From Escherichia coli (GTDB lineage: Bacteria > Pseudomonadota > Gammaproteobacteria > Enterobacterales > Enterobacteriaceae), in NCBI RefSeq assembly GCF_003334305.1, contig NZ_QOWS01000003.1: a stretch of 64,000 bases of DNA; one strand, 5' to 3'. How positions within the stretch are numbered: position 1 is the stretch's first letter; each line of letters begins with the position of its first letter. Positions 24,284 to 34,485 of this stretch are shown in pieces. A program made the position numbers and the translations under genes. The notes under the pieces are model-generated. The model saw nothing but the letters and a program-made list of their open reading frames with translations, did no database searches and was not told the origin of the DNA.

Positions 24284-25228
24284 ATGACAAACTTCACAAC
24301 CAGCACGCCGCATGACGCATTATTTAAATCCTTTCTCACGCACCCTGACACCGCGCGGGATTTTATGGAGATCCACTTACCCAAAGATTTACGTGAACTG
24401 TGCGATCTCGACAGCTTAAAACTGGAATCCGCCAGCTTCGTCGATGAAAAATTGCGGGCGCTACACTCCGATATTCTGTGGTCGGTAAAGACCCGTGAAG
24501 GTGATGGTTATATTTACGTAGTGATTGAACATCAGAGCCGCGAGGATATCCATATGGCCTTTCGCCTGATGCGATATTCCATGGCGGTGATGCAGCGCCA
24601 TATCGAGCATGATAAACGCCGGCCGCTACCGCTGGTCATCCCGATGCTGTTTTATCACGGTAGCCGTAGTCCTTATCCCTGGTCCCTGTGCTGGCTGGAC
24701 GAATTTGCTGACCCGACCACCGCACGGAAGCTTTATACCGCAGCGTTCCCGCTGGTGGATGTCACTGTCGTGCCAGACGACGAGATTGTGCAGCACCGCA
24801 GAGTCGCCCTGTTGGAGTTGATCCAAAAGCATATTCGCCAGCGCGATCTGATGGGGCTTATCGATCAACTGGTAATATTACTGGTTACAGAGTGTGCTAA
24901 TGACAGCCAGATAACTGCGCTGTTAAATTACATTTTACTGACTGGCGATGAAGCGCGTTTTAAGAAGTTTATCAGCGAACTTACCCGTCGAATGCCACAA
25001 CACAGGGAGCGAATAATGACGATTGCAGAGCGAATTTATAATGATGGATGGCTGTTGGGGATGGAAAAGGGGAAAGAAGAAGGGGAACAACGCCTCCTTA
25101 GATTGTTGTTGCAGAATGGGGCAGATCCTGAATGGATACAAAAGATTACCGGACTTTCGACAGAGCAAATGCAGGCATTAGAGCAGCCCTTGCCTGAAAT
25201 CAAGCGCGATCCATGGATCGAATACTAA
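24284..25228 (+). CDS. rpnD: Recombination-promoting nuclease RpnD (YjiP/YjiQ), apparently intact
   Basis: 314-aa uninterrupted ORF; PD-(D/E)XK-like N-terminal region and C-terminal repeats characteristic of the Rpn (transposase_31-like) family. Confidence 0.75.
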   Translation: MTNFTTSTPHDALFKSFLTHPDTARDFMEIHLPKDLRELCDLDSLKLESASFVDEKLRALHSDILWSVKTREGDGYIYVVIEHQSREDIHMAFRLMRYSMAVMQRHIEHDKRRPLPLVIPMLFYHGSRSPYPWSLCWLDEFADPTTARKLYTAAFPLVDVTVVPDDEIVQHRRVALLELIQKHIRQRDLMGLIDQLVILLVTECANDSQITALLNYILLTGDEARFKKFISELTRRMPQHRERIMTIAERIYNDGWLLGMEKGKEEGEQRLLRLLLQNGADPEWIQKITGLSTEQMQALEQPLPEIKRDPWIEY

Positions 25229-25255
25229 TCAGAGACGGATGACAAACGCAAAGCT

Positions 25256-25351
25256 GCCTGATGCGCTACGCTTATCAGACCTACATTTCCTCTGCAATCT
25301 ATTGAATTTGCGCGGTTTGTAGGCCGGATAAGGCGTTCACGCCGCATCCGG
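25256..25351. repeat. BIME (two REP palindromes)
   Basis: gcctgatgcgctacgcttatcagacctac and gtttgtaggccggataaggcgttcacgccgcatccgg between convergent rpnD and yjiR. Confidence 0.6.
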
Positions 25352-25469
25352 TATGAACGAAGCACACTTTGCCTAAGCCATGCTGGAACGTGGCGATGAC
25401 CCTGCAAAGATACAACGAGTTACAGGCGATTCGTGAGAGGAAATCAGGTGCTTCGCCACTAATTCGAAT

Positions 25470-26882
25470 TTATTCCATTGCCCGATACACGGCCTCGCCA
25501 ATTTGCTTTAGTGCTTCGCGATAGGTTTCGCTGAGCGGCAAAGCGCAGTTGATGCGTAGACAATTACGGTATTTGCCGGAAGCCGAGAAAATCGAGCCTG
25601 CTGCCACCTGGATATTCATGCGGCACAGCTGCCGCGCAACGCAGACCATATCGACCTGTTCAGGCAATTCTATCCACAGTAAAAATCCGCCTTTCGGGCG
25701 CGTAATACAGATTTCGCAGGGAAAATATTCCCGTATCCAGCAGGTATAAAGCGCCAAATTGCGCTGATAGCTCTGCCGCATCCGCCGGATATGGCGATGA
25801 TAGTGACCTTCCAGCACAAACGTTGCCGCCGCCATTTGCGTGGACGGCACATTAAAGCTGCTGATGGCGTATTTCATATGCATCAGTTTATCGTGATAAC
25901 GCCCCGGTGCGACCCAACCCACGCGCAGGCCTGGAGCAATACTTTTACTGAACGAGCTGCACAACAACACTCGCCCGTCGATATCCCATGAATGGATGGT
26001 CCGCGGGCGCGGATACTCCGTTGCCAGTTCGCCGTAGACATCATCTTCAAAAATCACAATATCATGACGCTGAGCGAGAGAGAGAACGGCCCGTTTGCGT
26101 GCGTCCGGCATAATAAATCCCAGCGGATTATTACAGTTTGGCACCAGAATGATGCCTTTAATCGGCCACTGTTCCAGCGCCAGTTCCAGTGCTTCAACGC
26201 TGATGCCAGTTTCTGGATCGGTTGGGATTTCAATCACTTTCACGCCCATGCCTCGCAGCATCTGCATCGAACCGTAATAACAGGGAGATTCGACCGCGAC
26301 AATATCGCCCGGTTTACACACCGCCATTAACGCCAGCGACATCGAGTTATGGCAGCCGCTGGTGATGATGATGTCATCGGCGGTGACCACCGAGCCGCTG
26401 TCGAGCATCAGGCGGGCAATCTGCTCCCGCAACACTCGCTGACCGGCTAACAAGTCATAACCGAGAACGGTTTGCAGATTATGCTGCACCACCCGGCTTA
26501 GCTCACGCCACAGCGGTTTCAGGCTGGGCGTTTCGACATCCGGCGTGCTTTTGCTTAACGGAACAATGGAATTGTCGCTATGCGCCTCCAGCATATCCAG
26601 CACCTGATCCCACTGGGTAATTTCCACCGGGCGCTGCACCGGACGCGTCATCGGCGGTACAGGCGGCTGGGCTTTACGTTGTGCGACAAAATAACCCGAA
26701 CGCGGCTGCGGAGTGATGAGCCTCATCGTTTCCAGCGTCTGATACGCCTGTTGCACGGTGCTGATGCTGACGCCGTGCTCCTGACTTAAGCTGCGCACCG
26801 ACGGCAATTTCTCCCCGTGACGATACAGCCCTTGCTCAATCCGCTCGGCAAGTAGAGTCGCCAGATGTTGATAACGCGTCAT
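25470..26882 (-). CDS. yjiR: MocR-type regulator (GntR HTH fused to aminotransferase domain)
   Basis: 470-aa ORF; N-terminal GntR-like HTH (SVRSLSQEHGVSISTVQQAYQTLE) plus class-I aminotransferase-like body. Confidence 0.85.
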   Translation of the reverse strand: MTRYQHLATLLAERIEQGLYRHGEKLPSVRSLSQEHGVSISTVQQAYQTLETMRLITPQPRSGYFVAQRKAQPPVPPMTRPVQRPVEITQWDQVLDMLEAHSDNSIVPLSKSTPDVETPSLKPLWRELSRVVQHNLQTVLGYDLLAGQRVLREQIARLMLDSGSVVTADDIIITSGCHNSMSLALMAVCKPGDIVAVESPCYYGSMQMLRGMGVKVIEIPTDPETGISVEALELALEQWPIKGIILVPNCNNPLGFIMPDARKRAVLSLAQRHDIVIFEDDVYGELATEYPRPRTIHSWDIDGRVLLCSSFSKSIAPGLRVGWVAPGRYHDKLMHMKYAISSFNVPSTQMAAATFVLEGHYHRHIRRMRQSYQRNLALYTCWIREYFPCEICITRPKGGFLLWIELPEQVDMVCVARQLCRMNIQVAAGSIFSASGKYRNCLRINCALPLSETYREALKQIGEAVYRAME

Positions 26883-27058
26883 GCTGTATTCCTTATTTGG
26901 CCCATACAGAAAGAAAAACCGGTACAGATGAGGCTAAAAAACCGGATGCAGATGCTGTTTTAACCTGTCTGTATGTTAAATAAAACTAATATTTGCATCT
27001 GTATTGTGAACTGCCAGAAGGCGGATGATGAAGCCTCTGAAAGATGAGGAGGCAGCAG

Positions 27059-27223
27059 ATGGAATTTCACGAAAACAAAGCCAAAACGCCGTTTATCAGA
27101 CTTGTGCAACTCTGGCATGCGGTGAGGCGTTGGCGGCGGCAAATGCAGACCCGACGAGTGTTACAGCAGATGAGTGATGAACGGTTGAGGGATATTGGGT
27201 TACGCAGGGAGGATGTGGAGTGA
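27059..27223 (+). CDS. yjiS: Small DUF1127 protein YjiS
   Basis: 54-aa ORF MEFHENKAKTPFIRLVQLWHAVRRWRRQMQTRRVLQQMSDERLRDIGLRREDVE; shorter than the ORF-track cutoff; GGAGG RBS about 8 nt upstream. Confidence 0.7.
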   Translation: MEFHENKAKTPFIRLVQLWHAVRRWRRQMQTRRVLQQMSDERLRDIGLRREDVE

Positions 27224-27574
27224 ACTATGGGCGGCGTGTTGGCAAATGCTGCCTGTCTGCATTCAAAATTGCTACAAAATCCAACCATAAAAGTCGTTTA
27301 CAACATATTTTTCTGATTTACATACAGATAATGACCTGAGCTGTCTCTCTGGGGGTCATCATCTATGCGTCCGGGGGATCTGTCACAAAAAGGAATAGAA
27401 CAAAATCATCAGCGGTGAATAAAGCGATTCGTTTTAGATCACATTAATGAAATTTTTGTATCAAAAATTAGTTATCGCGCTCACAGTTCATAATGAAACA
27501 ATTCTCTGCAAATAGATAACCGAAGCTTCGTTGCTAGTATCAATTCGCTAATTATACACCTGCCAGAGGATACA

Positions 27575-30115
27575 ATGAAAAATAGAAATCGTATGATCGT
27601 GAACTGTGTTACTGCTTCCCTGATGTATTATTGGAGCTTACCTGCACTGGCTGAGCAGTCGTCAAGTGAGATAAAGATTGTTCGCGATGAATACGGCATG
27701 CCGCATATTTATGCCAATGATACATGGCACCTATTTTATGGCTATGGCTATGTAGTAGCACAAGATCGCCTTTTTCAGATGGAAATGGCACGTCGCAGTA
27801 CTCAAGGGACTGTCGCGGAAGTGCTTGGCAAAGATTTTGTGAAATTTGATAAAGATATCCGTCGTAACTACTGGCCGGATGCTATCCGGGCGCAAATTGC
27901 TGCCCTTTCCCCAGAGGATATGTCCATTCTGCAAGGCTACGCTGATGGAATGAATGCCTGGATTGATAAGGTAAATACCAATCCAGAGACGCTCTTACCA
28001 AAACAGTTTAATACATTTGGCTTTACTCCTAAGCGCTGGGAACCGTTTGATGTCGCGATGATATTTGTGGGCACCATGGCAAACCGCTTCTCTGATAGCA
28101 CTAGCGAAATTGATAATCTGGCACTGCTAACGGCTTTAAAAGATAAATATGGTGTATCACAAGGCATGGCGGTATTTAATCAGTTGAAATGGCTGGTAAA
28201 CCCATCAGCGCCAACCACTATTGCCGTACAAGAGAGTAACTACCCACTTAAATTTAATCAGCAAAACTCGCAAACAGCAGCTCTGTTGCCACGCTACGAT
28301 TTACCTGCACCAATGCTTGACCGACCAGCAAAAGGGGCGGATGGCGCACTGCTGGCGTTAACAGCAGGGAAGAACCGGGAAACTATTGCTGCACAATTTG
28401 CACAGGGTGGTGCCAATGGTCTGGCGGGGTATCCAACGACCAGCAATATGTGGGTGATCGGCAAAAGCAAAGCCCAGGATGCGAAAGCAATCATGGTAAA
28501 TGGTCCGCAGTTTGGCTGGTATGCGCCTGCGTATACTTATGGTATTGGTCTGCACGGTGCTGGTTATGATGTCACTGGCAATACACCATTTGCCTATCCT
28601 GGGCTGGTTTTTGGTCATAATGGTGTGATTTCCTGGGGATCAACGGCAGGTTTCGGCGATGATGTCGATATTTTTGCTGAACGGCTGTCGGCAGAGAAAC
28701 CAGGCTACTACTTGCATAATGGTAAGTGGGTGAAAATGTTAAGCCGTGAGGAAACCATTACGGTGAAAAATGGTCAGGCAGAGACCTTTACTGTCTGGCG
28801 TACGGTGCATGGCAACATTCTCCAAACTGACCAGACGACACAAACGGCTTACGCTAAATCCCGCGCATGGGATGGTAAAGAGGTGGCGTCTTTGCTGGCC
28901 TGGACTCATCAGATGAAGGCCAAAAATTGGCAGGAGTGGACACAGCAGGCAGCGAAACAAGCACTGACCATCAACTGGTACTATGCTGATGTAAACGGCA
29001 ATATTGGTTATGTTCATACTGGTGCTTATCCAGATCGTCAATCAGGCCATGATCCGCGATTACCCGTTCCTGGTACGGGAAAATGGGACTGGAAAGGGCT
29101 ATTGCCTTTTGAAATGAACCCTAAGGTGTATAACCCCCAGTCGGGATATATTGCTAACTGGAACAATTCTCCCCAAAAAGATTATCCCGCTTCAGATCTG
29201 TTTGCCTTTTTGTGGGGTGGTGCAGATCGCGTTACGGAGATCGACCGACTGCTTGAGCAAAAGCCACGCTTAACTGCTGATCAGGCATGGGATGTTATTC
29301 GCCAAACCAGTCGTCAGGATCTTAACCTGAGGCTTTTTTTACCTACTCTGCAAGCAGCGACATCTGGTTTGACACAGAGCGATCCGCGTCGTCAGTTGGT
29401 AGAAACATTAACACGTTGGGATGGCATCAATTTGCTTAATGATGATGGTAAAACCTGGCAGCAGCCAGGCTCTGCCATCCTGAACGTTTGGCTGACCAGT
29501 ATGTTGAAGCGTACCGTAGTGGCTGCCGTACCTATGCCATTTGATAAGTGGTACAGCGCCAGTGGCTACGAAACAACCCAGGACGGCCCAACTGGTTCGC
29601 TGAATATAAGTGTTGGAGCAAAAATTTTGTATGAGGCGGTGCAGGGAGACAAATCACCAATCCCACAGGCGGTTGATCTGTTTGCTGGGAAACCACAGCA
29701 GGAGGTTGTGTTGGCTGCGCTGGAAGATACCTGGGAGACTCTTTCCAAACGCTATGGCAATAATGTGAGTAACTGGAAAACACCTGCAATGGCCTTAACG
29801 TTCCGGGCAAATAATTTCTTTGGTGTACCGCAGGCCGCAGCGGAAGAAACGCGTCATCAGGCGGAGTATCAAAACCGTGGAACAGAAAACGATATGATTG
29901 TTTTCTCACCAACGACAAGCGATCGTCCTGTGCTTGCCTGGGATGTGGTCGCACCCGGTCAGAGTGGGTTTATTGCTCCCGATGGAACAGTTGATAAGCA
30001 CTATGAAGATCAGCTGAAAATGTACGAAAATTTTGGCCGTAAGTCGCTCTGGTTAACGAAGCAGGATGTGGAGGCGCATAAGGAGTCGCAGGAAGTGTTG
30101 CACGTTCAGAGATAA
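27575..30115 (+). CDS. pac: Penicillin G acylase precursor (Ntn-hydrolase; signal peptide, alpha subunit, spacer, beta subunit)
   Basis: 846-aa ORF; N-terminal signal peptide; [10 protein letters not shown] motif containing the N-terminal nucleophile Ser of the beta subunit; recognised E. coli penicillin G amidase. Confidence 0.9.
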   Translation: MKNRNRMIVNCVTASLMYYWSLPALAEQSSSEIKIVRDEYGMPHIYANDTWHLFYGYGYVVAQDRLFQMEMARRSTQGTVAEVLGKDFVKFDKDIRRNYWPDAIRAQIAALSPEDMSILQGYADGMNAWIDKVNTNPETLLPKQFNTFGFTPKRWEPFDVAMIFVGTMANRFSDSTSEIDNLALLTALKDKYGVSQGMAVFNQLKWLVNPSAPTTIAVQESNYPLKFNQQNSQTAALLPRYDLPAPMLDRPAKGADGALLALTAGKNRETIAAQFAQGGANGLAGYPTTSNMWVIGKSKAQDAKAIMVNGPQFGWYAPAYTYGIGLHGAGYDVTGNTPFAYPGLVFGHNGVISWGSTAGFGDDVDIFAERLSAEKPGYYLHNGKWVKMLSREETITVKNGQAETFTVWRTVHGNILQTDQTTQTAYAKSRAWDGKEVASLLAWTHQMKAKNWQEWTQQAAKQALTINWYYADVNGNIGYVHTGAYPDRQSGHDPRLPVPGTGKWDWKGLLPFEMNPKVYNPQSGYIANWNNSPQKDYPASDLFAFLWGGADRVTEIDRLLEQKPRLTADQAWDVIRQTSRQDLNLRLFLPTLQAATSGLTQSDPRRQLVETLTRWDGINLLNDDGKTWQQPGSAILNVWLTSMLKRTVVAAVPMPFDKWYSASGYETTQDGPTGSLNISVGAKILYEAVQGDKSPIPQAVDLFAGKPQQEVVLAALEDTWETLSKRYGNNVSNWKTPAMALTFRANNFFGVPQAAAEETRHQAEYQNRGTENDMIVFSPTTSDRPVLAWDVVAPGQSGFIAPDGTVDKHYEDQLKMYENFGRKSLWLTKQDVEAHKESQEVLHVQR

Positions 30116-30128
30116 TTAAGCCCGAAAG

Positions 30129-30155
30129 CCCTCATATTCTGGAGGAATATGAGGG
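30129..30155. terminator. Stem-loop between convergent pac and yjiA
   Basis: Inverted repeat ccctcatattc-tggag-gaatatgaggg, 14 nt after the pac stop. Confidence 0.45.
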
Positions 30156-30192
30156 TGATAAAGTCTCAGGTATTGTGATGTTGGAGGGCTGG

Positions 30193-31149
30193 TTACTTTT
30201 TGAGTCCCGCAAACGCCGCCCGAATCTCATCCTCCGGCAACTGAATCCCGATAAACACCATCGTGCTATGCGGTGTTTCATCGCCCCATGGCCTGTCCCA
30301 GTCGGCGCTGTAGAGGCGCTGGACGCCCTGGAACAGCAGGCGGTTAGGTTCGCCGTCAATCCACAGCATCCCTTTGTAACGCAGCAGTTTATCCGCCGAT
30401 TCCAGCAGCAGGTTTTCCATCACCCGGGAAACTTCGCTGATATCTACCGGGTAATCCAGTTCCACCACAATCGACGAAATATCGTTTTGTTTGTCCGCGA
30501 TAAAATGGAAACGCGGTTTGGTGCTGACGACGTTTTCTTCCAGCATAAAACCGTTGGTGTTGAACAGCAGACCCAGGTCGATGTCGCCGTGGGTGACGGT
30601 GTAGACCGGTGCACGGGCGTTGATGCGTGCCAGACGTTCACGCAGTTTTTCTGCTTCGCCTGCGACGTCGGTTTTAGTCAGCAGAATACGGTCGGCGTAG
30701 CCCACCTGGGACTGGGCGATGGTGAACTGGTTCATCTGCTCATCGGCATGTACCGCATCCACCAGCGCAATCACGCCGTCCAGCAGGTAGCGCTGGCATA
30801 AAATCTCATGGGAGAAAAAGGTTTGAATAATCGGGCCAGGATCGGCCATGCCGGTGCATTCAATGACCAGACGATCGAACTGAATATTGCCCTTGTCGAG
30901 ATTATCCAGCAGGTCGAGTAGCGCGTCCTCCAGCTCGTTGGAGCGCGAACAGCAGATGCAGCCGTTGGTCAGCGTTTTGATCTGCGTTGCGCGATCACCA
31001 ATCAATTGATCATCAACGGAGACTTCGCCGAATTCGTTTTCAATCACGGCAATCTTGTAGCCGTGTTGTTCATTAAGAATATGGCGCAGCAGGGTGGTTT
31101 TGCCCGCGCCTAAAAAACCGGTGAGTAGGGTAACTGCAATCGGGTTCAT
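30193..31149 (-). CDS. yjiA: COG0523-family GTPase (metal chaperone-like) YjiA
   Basis: 318 aa from MNPIAVTLLTGFLGAGKTTLL (P-loop); the 346-aa ORF-track start is rejected. Confidence 0.9.
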   Translation of the reverse strand: MNPIAVTLLTGFLGAGKTTLLRHILNEQHGYKIAVIENEFGEVSVDDQLIGDRATQIKTLTNGCICCSRSNELEDALLDLLDNLDKGNIQFDRLVIECTGMADPGPIIQTFFSHEILCQRYLLDGVIALVDAVHADEQMNQFTIAQSQVGYADRILLTKTDVAGEAEKLRERLARINARAPVYTVTHGDIDLGLLFNTNGFMLEENVVSTKPRFHFIADKQNDISSIVVELDYPVDISEVSRVMENLLLESADKLLRYKGMLWIDGEPNRLLFQGVQRLYSADWDRPWGDETPHSTMVFIGIQLPEDEIRAAFAGLKK

Positions 31150-31159
31150 GCTCTCTCCA

Positions 31160-31363
31160 TTAACAACAGCGCATACCGCCTTTACCATCGCCGCCGTAGC
31201 GTGCGTTCTGGCGTTCGCGGAAGAATTCTTCATAGCTCATGTACGGCTTGTCGGGATGGTTGGTCTTCATATGCTCGACGTAGTTGTCGTAGTCTGGAAT
31301 GCCAATCAACATCTTCGCCGCCTGGCCGAGATATTTTTTTGCCTGTCCTAAGTTACCAAACAT
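31160..31363 (-). CDS. yjiX: Small DUF466 protein YjiX
   Basis: 67-aa [31 protein letters not shown]...; sits between btsT and yjiA as in K-12. Confidence 0.85.
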
Positions 31364-31384
31364 AGTTCACTCTGATAAGAACAA

Positions 31385-31404
31385 AGCCCCGCCGAAGCGG
31401 GGCT
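31385..31404 (-). terminator. Rho-independent terminator after btsT
   Basis: agccccgc-cgaa-gcggggct hairpin 9 nt downstream of the btsT stop, followed on the minus strand by a T-rich run. Confidence 0.6.
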
Positions 31405-31412
31405 AAATACGG

Positions 31413-33563
31413 TTAGTGGTGCGAAGAGATCTTCACGCCGCCTTCCGGGATTGGAACGTACGGTGTTTCTTTGTCAGTACGTTTGTCGCTGTTACGCACA
31501 TTCAGCCAGGTTTTGAAACCGTAGAAGATGATGCTGTACACCACAATCAGGAACAGAATACTCAGGCCTGCGTTGGTGTAGTTGTTCACAACGATGTGGT
31601 TCATGTTGGCAATCTGCTGCGCCGTCAGGTCAGTACCGTTAGCAATCTTCTCTTTGTACTGGCTTGCCATGTAGAAGAAGCCTTCCATCTGCGGGTTGGT
31701 GCTGAACAGTTTCAGACCCAGCGCCCAGGTGGTGCAGATAAGCAGCCATACAGCCGGAACAACAGTTACCCAGATGTATTGGGTGCGCTTCATCTTAATC
31801 AGCACAACGGTGCCCAGTACCAGCGCTACGGCTGCCAGCATCTGGTTGGAAATACCGAACAGCGGCCACAGGCTCTTAACGCCGCCCAGCGGATCGACCA
31901 CGCCCTGATACAGCAGGTAGCCCCACAGACCCACACAGCCCGCAGTACCGATGATACCGGCAACCAGAGAGTCGGTTTTTTTCAGGAACGGGATGAAGTT
32001 ACCCAGCAGGTCTTGCAGCATAAAGCGGCCAGAACGAGTACCCGCATCCAGCGCGGTCAGGATGAACAGGGCTTCGAACAGAATACCGAAGTGATACCAG
32101 AAGCCCATGTCAGCCATCGGCAGCACTTTGTGGAACACGTGAGCGATACCTACCGCCAGCGTTGGCGCACCACCTGCACGGTTCAGGACAGAAGGCTCAC
32201 CAATGTCTTTCGCGGTTTGCAGGATCTGCTCTGGCGAAATCACGAAGCCCCAGGAGCTGACGGTCGCTGCCGCGTGTGCGGTAACGTCTTTCAGCTGCGC
32301 CATGATGATCGGCGCGTTCTCGCCACCCATTTCATGCAGGTTAGGCATGGTGATGCCAAGGCCAGCAGGCGGGGTATTCATCGCGAAGTAAAGACCCGGT
32401 TCGATGATGGACGCTGCAACCAGCGCCATAATCGCCACGAAGGACTCCATCAGCATTGCGCCGTAGCCAATGAAACGCGCGTCGGTTTCGTTAGCCAGCA
32501 GTTTTGGCGTCGTACCGGAAGAGATCAGCGCGTGGAAGCCAGATACCGCACCACAGGCGATGGTGATGAACAGGAACGGGAACAGAGCGCCTTTCCACAG
32601 CGGGCCAGTACCGTCAATGTACTGGGTCGTCGCAGGCATTTTCAGTTCCGGGTTCAGCACCACGATACCCAGCGCCAGGCCGACGATAACGCCGATTTTC
32701 AGGAAGGTTGCCAGATAGTCGCGCGGTGCGAGGATCAGCCACACCGGCAGCAGTGCGGAAACAAACGCATAGCCAATCAGCGCGAAGGTAATGGTGGTGT
32801 CTTTAAAGGTCAGTGCCGGACCCCAGTACGGATCGTGAGCAATCACGCCACCGAAGTAGATAGAGGCAACCAGCAGCACGATACCAATGACAGAGACTTC
32901 ACCCACACGCCCCGGACGGATAAAGCGCATGTAGATACCCATAAACAGCGCAATCGGTACGGTTGAGCAAACGGTGAAAACACCCCACGGGCTTTCGGCC
33001 AGGGCTTTAACCACAATCAGCGCCAGGACGGCAAGGATGATGATCATGATTAAGAAACAGCCAAACAGCGCGATAGTCCCCGGTACTGGTCCCATCTCTT
33101 CTTTGATCATCTCACCGAGAGATGCGCCGTTACGGCGAGAGGAGATAAACAGCACCATAAAGTCCTGTACCGCACCGGCCAGTACTACCCCCGCCAGCAG
33201 CCACAGCGTGCCAGGTAGGTAGCCCATCTGCGCGGCGAGAACCGGACCAACCAGCGGACCAGCACCGGCGATAGCGGCGAAGTGGTGACCAAACAACACG
33301 TAACGGTTGGTCGGAACATAGTTCAGACCGTCGTTGTTAATAACCGCAGGCGTCGCGCGCGTGGGGTCGAGTTTCATCACCTTCTGGGCGATGTACAGAC
33401 TGTAGTAGCGATAAGCCACCAGATACACCGACACAGAGGCGACCACGATCCACAGGGCGCTGACGTGCTCCCCCCGACGTAATGCAACTACCGCGAGGCA
33501 GAATGCACCGATGATTCCGAGAATCACCCAGGGTATGTGCTTGAATAGTTTTTTCGTATCCAT
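31413..33563 (-). CDS. btsT: Pyruvate/H+ symporter (CstA family) BtsT/YjiY
   Basis: 716 aa from MDTKKLFKHIPWVILG; polytopic CstA-like transporter; recognised YjiY. Confidence 0.9.
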   Translation of the reverse strand: MDTKKLFKHIPWVILGIIGAFCLAVVALRRGEHVSALWIVVASVSVYLVAYRYYSLYIAQKVMKLDPTRATPAVINNDGLNYVPTNRYVLFGHHFAAIAGAGPLVGPVLAAQMGYLPGTLWLLAGVVLAGAVQDFMVLFISSRRNGASLGEMIKEEMGPVPGTIALFGCFLIMIIILAVLALIVVKALAESPWGVFTVCSTVPIALFMGIYMRFIRPGRVGEVSVIGIVLLVASIYFGGVIAHDPYWGPALTFKDTTITFALIGYAFVSALLPVWLILAPRDYLATFLKIGVIVGLALGIVVLNPELKMPATTQYIDGTGPLWKGALFPFLFITIACGAVSGFHALISSGTTPKLLANETDARFIGYGAMLMESFVAIMALVAASIIEPGLYFAMNTPPAGLGITMPNLHEMGGENAPIIMAQLKDVTAHAAATVSSWGFVISPEQILQTAKDIGEPSVLNRAGGAPTLAVGIAHVFHKVLPMADMGFWYHFGILFEALFILTALDAGTRSGRFMLQDLLGNFIPFLKKTDSLVAGIIGTAGCVGLWGYLLYQGVVDPLGGVKSLWPLFGISNQMLAAVALVLGTVVLIKMKRTQYIWVTVVPAVWLLICTTWALGLKLFSTNPQMEGFFYMASQYKEKIANGTDLTAQQIANMNHIVVNNYTNAGLSILFLIVVYSIIFYGFKTWLNVRNSDKRTDKETPYVPIPEGGVKISSHH

Positions 33564-33842
33564 AGTAAAACCTGGCATTTTACTCGTCGTCTTTTGGCTT
33601 ACAGGTGCGGCAGCTGCGTTCGTTCACCTCTGTCACTTACTGTTGCAAGCTCCCGGGGATTCACTCACTTGCTGCCTTCCTGCAAACCAAAATCCATAGA
33701 GTAATTTGTTAATCATAGGCCGAAGCCGTTCTAGGTTTGCGTTGCGTTTGAGGAGGTAAATTGACCGCTATCCTGCAGTGATGTTGCCAGAGATACGCGC
33801 GCGTAAAGTAAGGTAAATAACTGAGTGGTTATTTTAGGGATG

Positions 33843-33870
33843 TAAGCGGTCAGGAATGGCGGTGAGCGGT
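33843..33870 (-). promoter_or_regulatory. Putative BtsR (YehT, LytTR) binding site: direct repeat upstream of btsT
   Basis: On the btsT-sense strand reads ACCGCTCA-N12-ACCGCTTA, matching the ACC(G/A)CT(C/T)A direct repeat I recall for YehT at the yjiY promoter; about 280 nt upstream of the btsT start. Confidence 0.5.
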
Positions 33871-33922
33871 TGGGCAAGAATTATTCATCGGGTGGATATG
33901 TGATTGAGATCACAATAAAAAT

Positions 33923-33949
33923 GCCCCTTCGACGAATGCGTGAAGGGGC
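33923..33949 (-). terminator. Rho-independent terminator after hpaC
   Basis: gccccttc...gaaggggc hairpin immediately after the hpaC stop, followed on the minus strand by ATTTTTATT. Confidence 0.6.
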
Positions 33950-33955
33950 TGGAGC

Positions 33956-34468
33956 TTAAATCGCAGCTTCCATTTCCAGCATCACCGGATGGAAACGGCG
34001 TTTAAAGTAAATAAGTCCGTGACCTTCTGCACTGAGGATGATGTTTTTAATCTCCACCAGATACACCAGATGTGTGCCAATCGCCTGCACATCGCGGATC
34101 TCTCCTTCAAGACTGGCCAGCGAACCTTTCAGCACCGGCTGCGCCAGCGGACCTTTTTGCCAGCATGAGAGGCTAAAACGCTCTTCCATCGCCATGCCTG
34201 TCATGCCCGCGAAGTGGCGTGCCATCAGTTCCTGCTCATGGTTGAGGACGTTGACGCACAACTTACCGTTGCCCTGAAAAACCGGGTTCATCGCACTGTT
34301 GGCGTTAATGCACACCATCAGCGACGGTGGTGTATCCGTGACCGAGCAGACGGCCGTTGCCGTAATTCCGCATTGTCCGGCGTCGCCCTCGGTGGTGATA
34401 ATATTTACCGCTGCCGACAGGCTGGCCATTGCGTCACGAAAGCGCAGGCGTTGTTCATCTAATTGCAT
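33956..34468 (-). CDS. hpaC: 4-HPA 3-monooxygenase reductase component (flavin:NADH reductase)
   Basis: 170-aa ORF; recognised HpaC. Confidence 0.9.
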   Translation of the reverse strand: MQLDEQRLRFRDAMASLSAAVNIITTEGDAGQCGITATAVCSVTDTPPSLMVCINANSAMNPVFQGNGKLCVNVLNHEQELMARHFAGMTGMAMEERFSLSCWQKGPLAQPVLKGSLASLEGEIRDVQAIGTHLVYLVEIKNIILSAEGHGLIYFKRRFHPVMLEMEAAI

Positions 34469-34485
34469 CTTAACCTCCTGCTGCG

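Noticed and set aside
24075-24287. 70-aa ORF immediately upstream of rpnD
   Set aside because: No RBS, Arg/Gly-rich, ends by running into the rpnD start; more likely promoter or leader sequence.
27224-27574. Possible remnant of yjiT or restriction-system genes upstream of pac
   Set aside because: No ORF or recognisable coding signal; the region is AT-rich and looks like promoter DNA. It cannot be resolved without alignment to a reference.
30175-30801. 208-aa ORF on the plus strand
   Set aside because: Antisense to yjiA, whose P-loop GTPase identity is clear.
31416-32966. 516-aa ORF on the plus strand
   Set aside because: Antisense to btsT; extremely Arg/His/Gln-rich low-complexity translation; shadow ORF.
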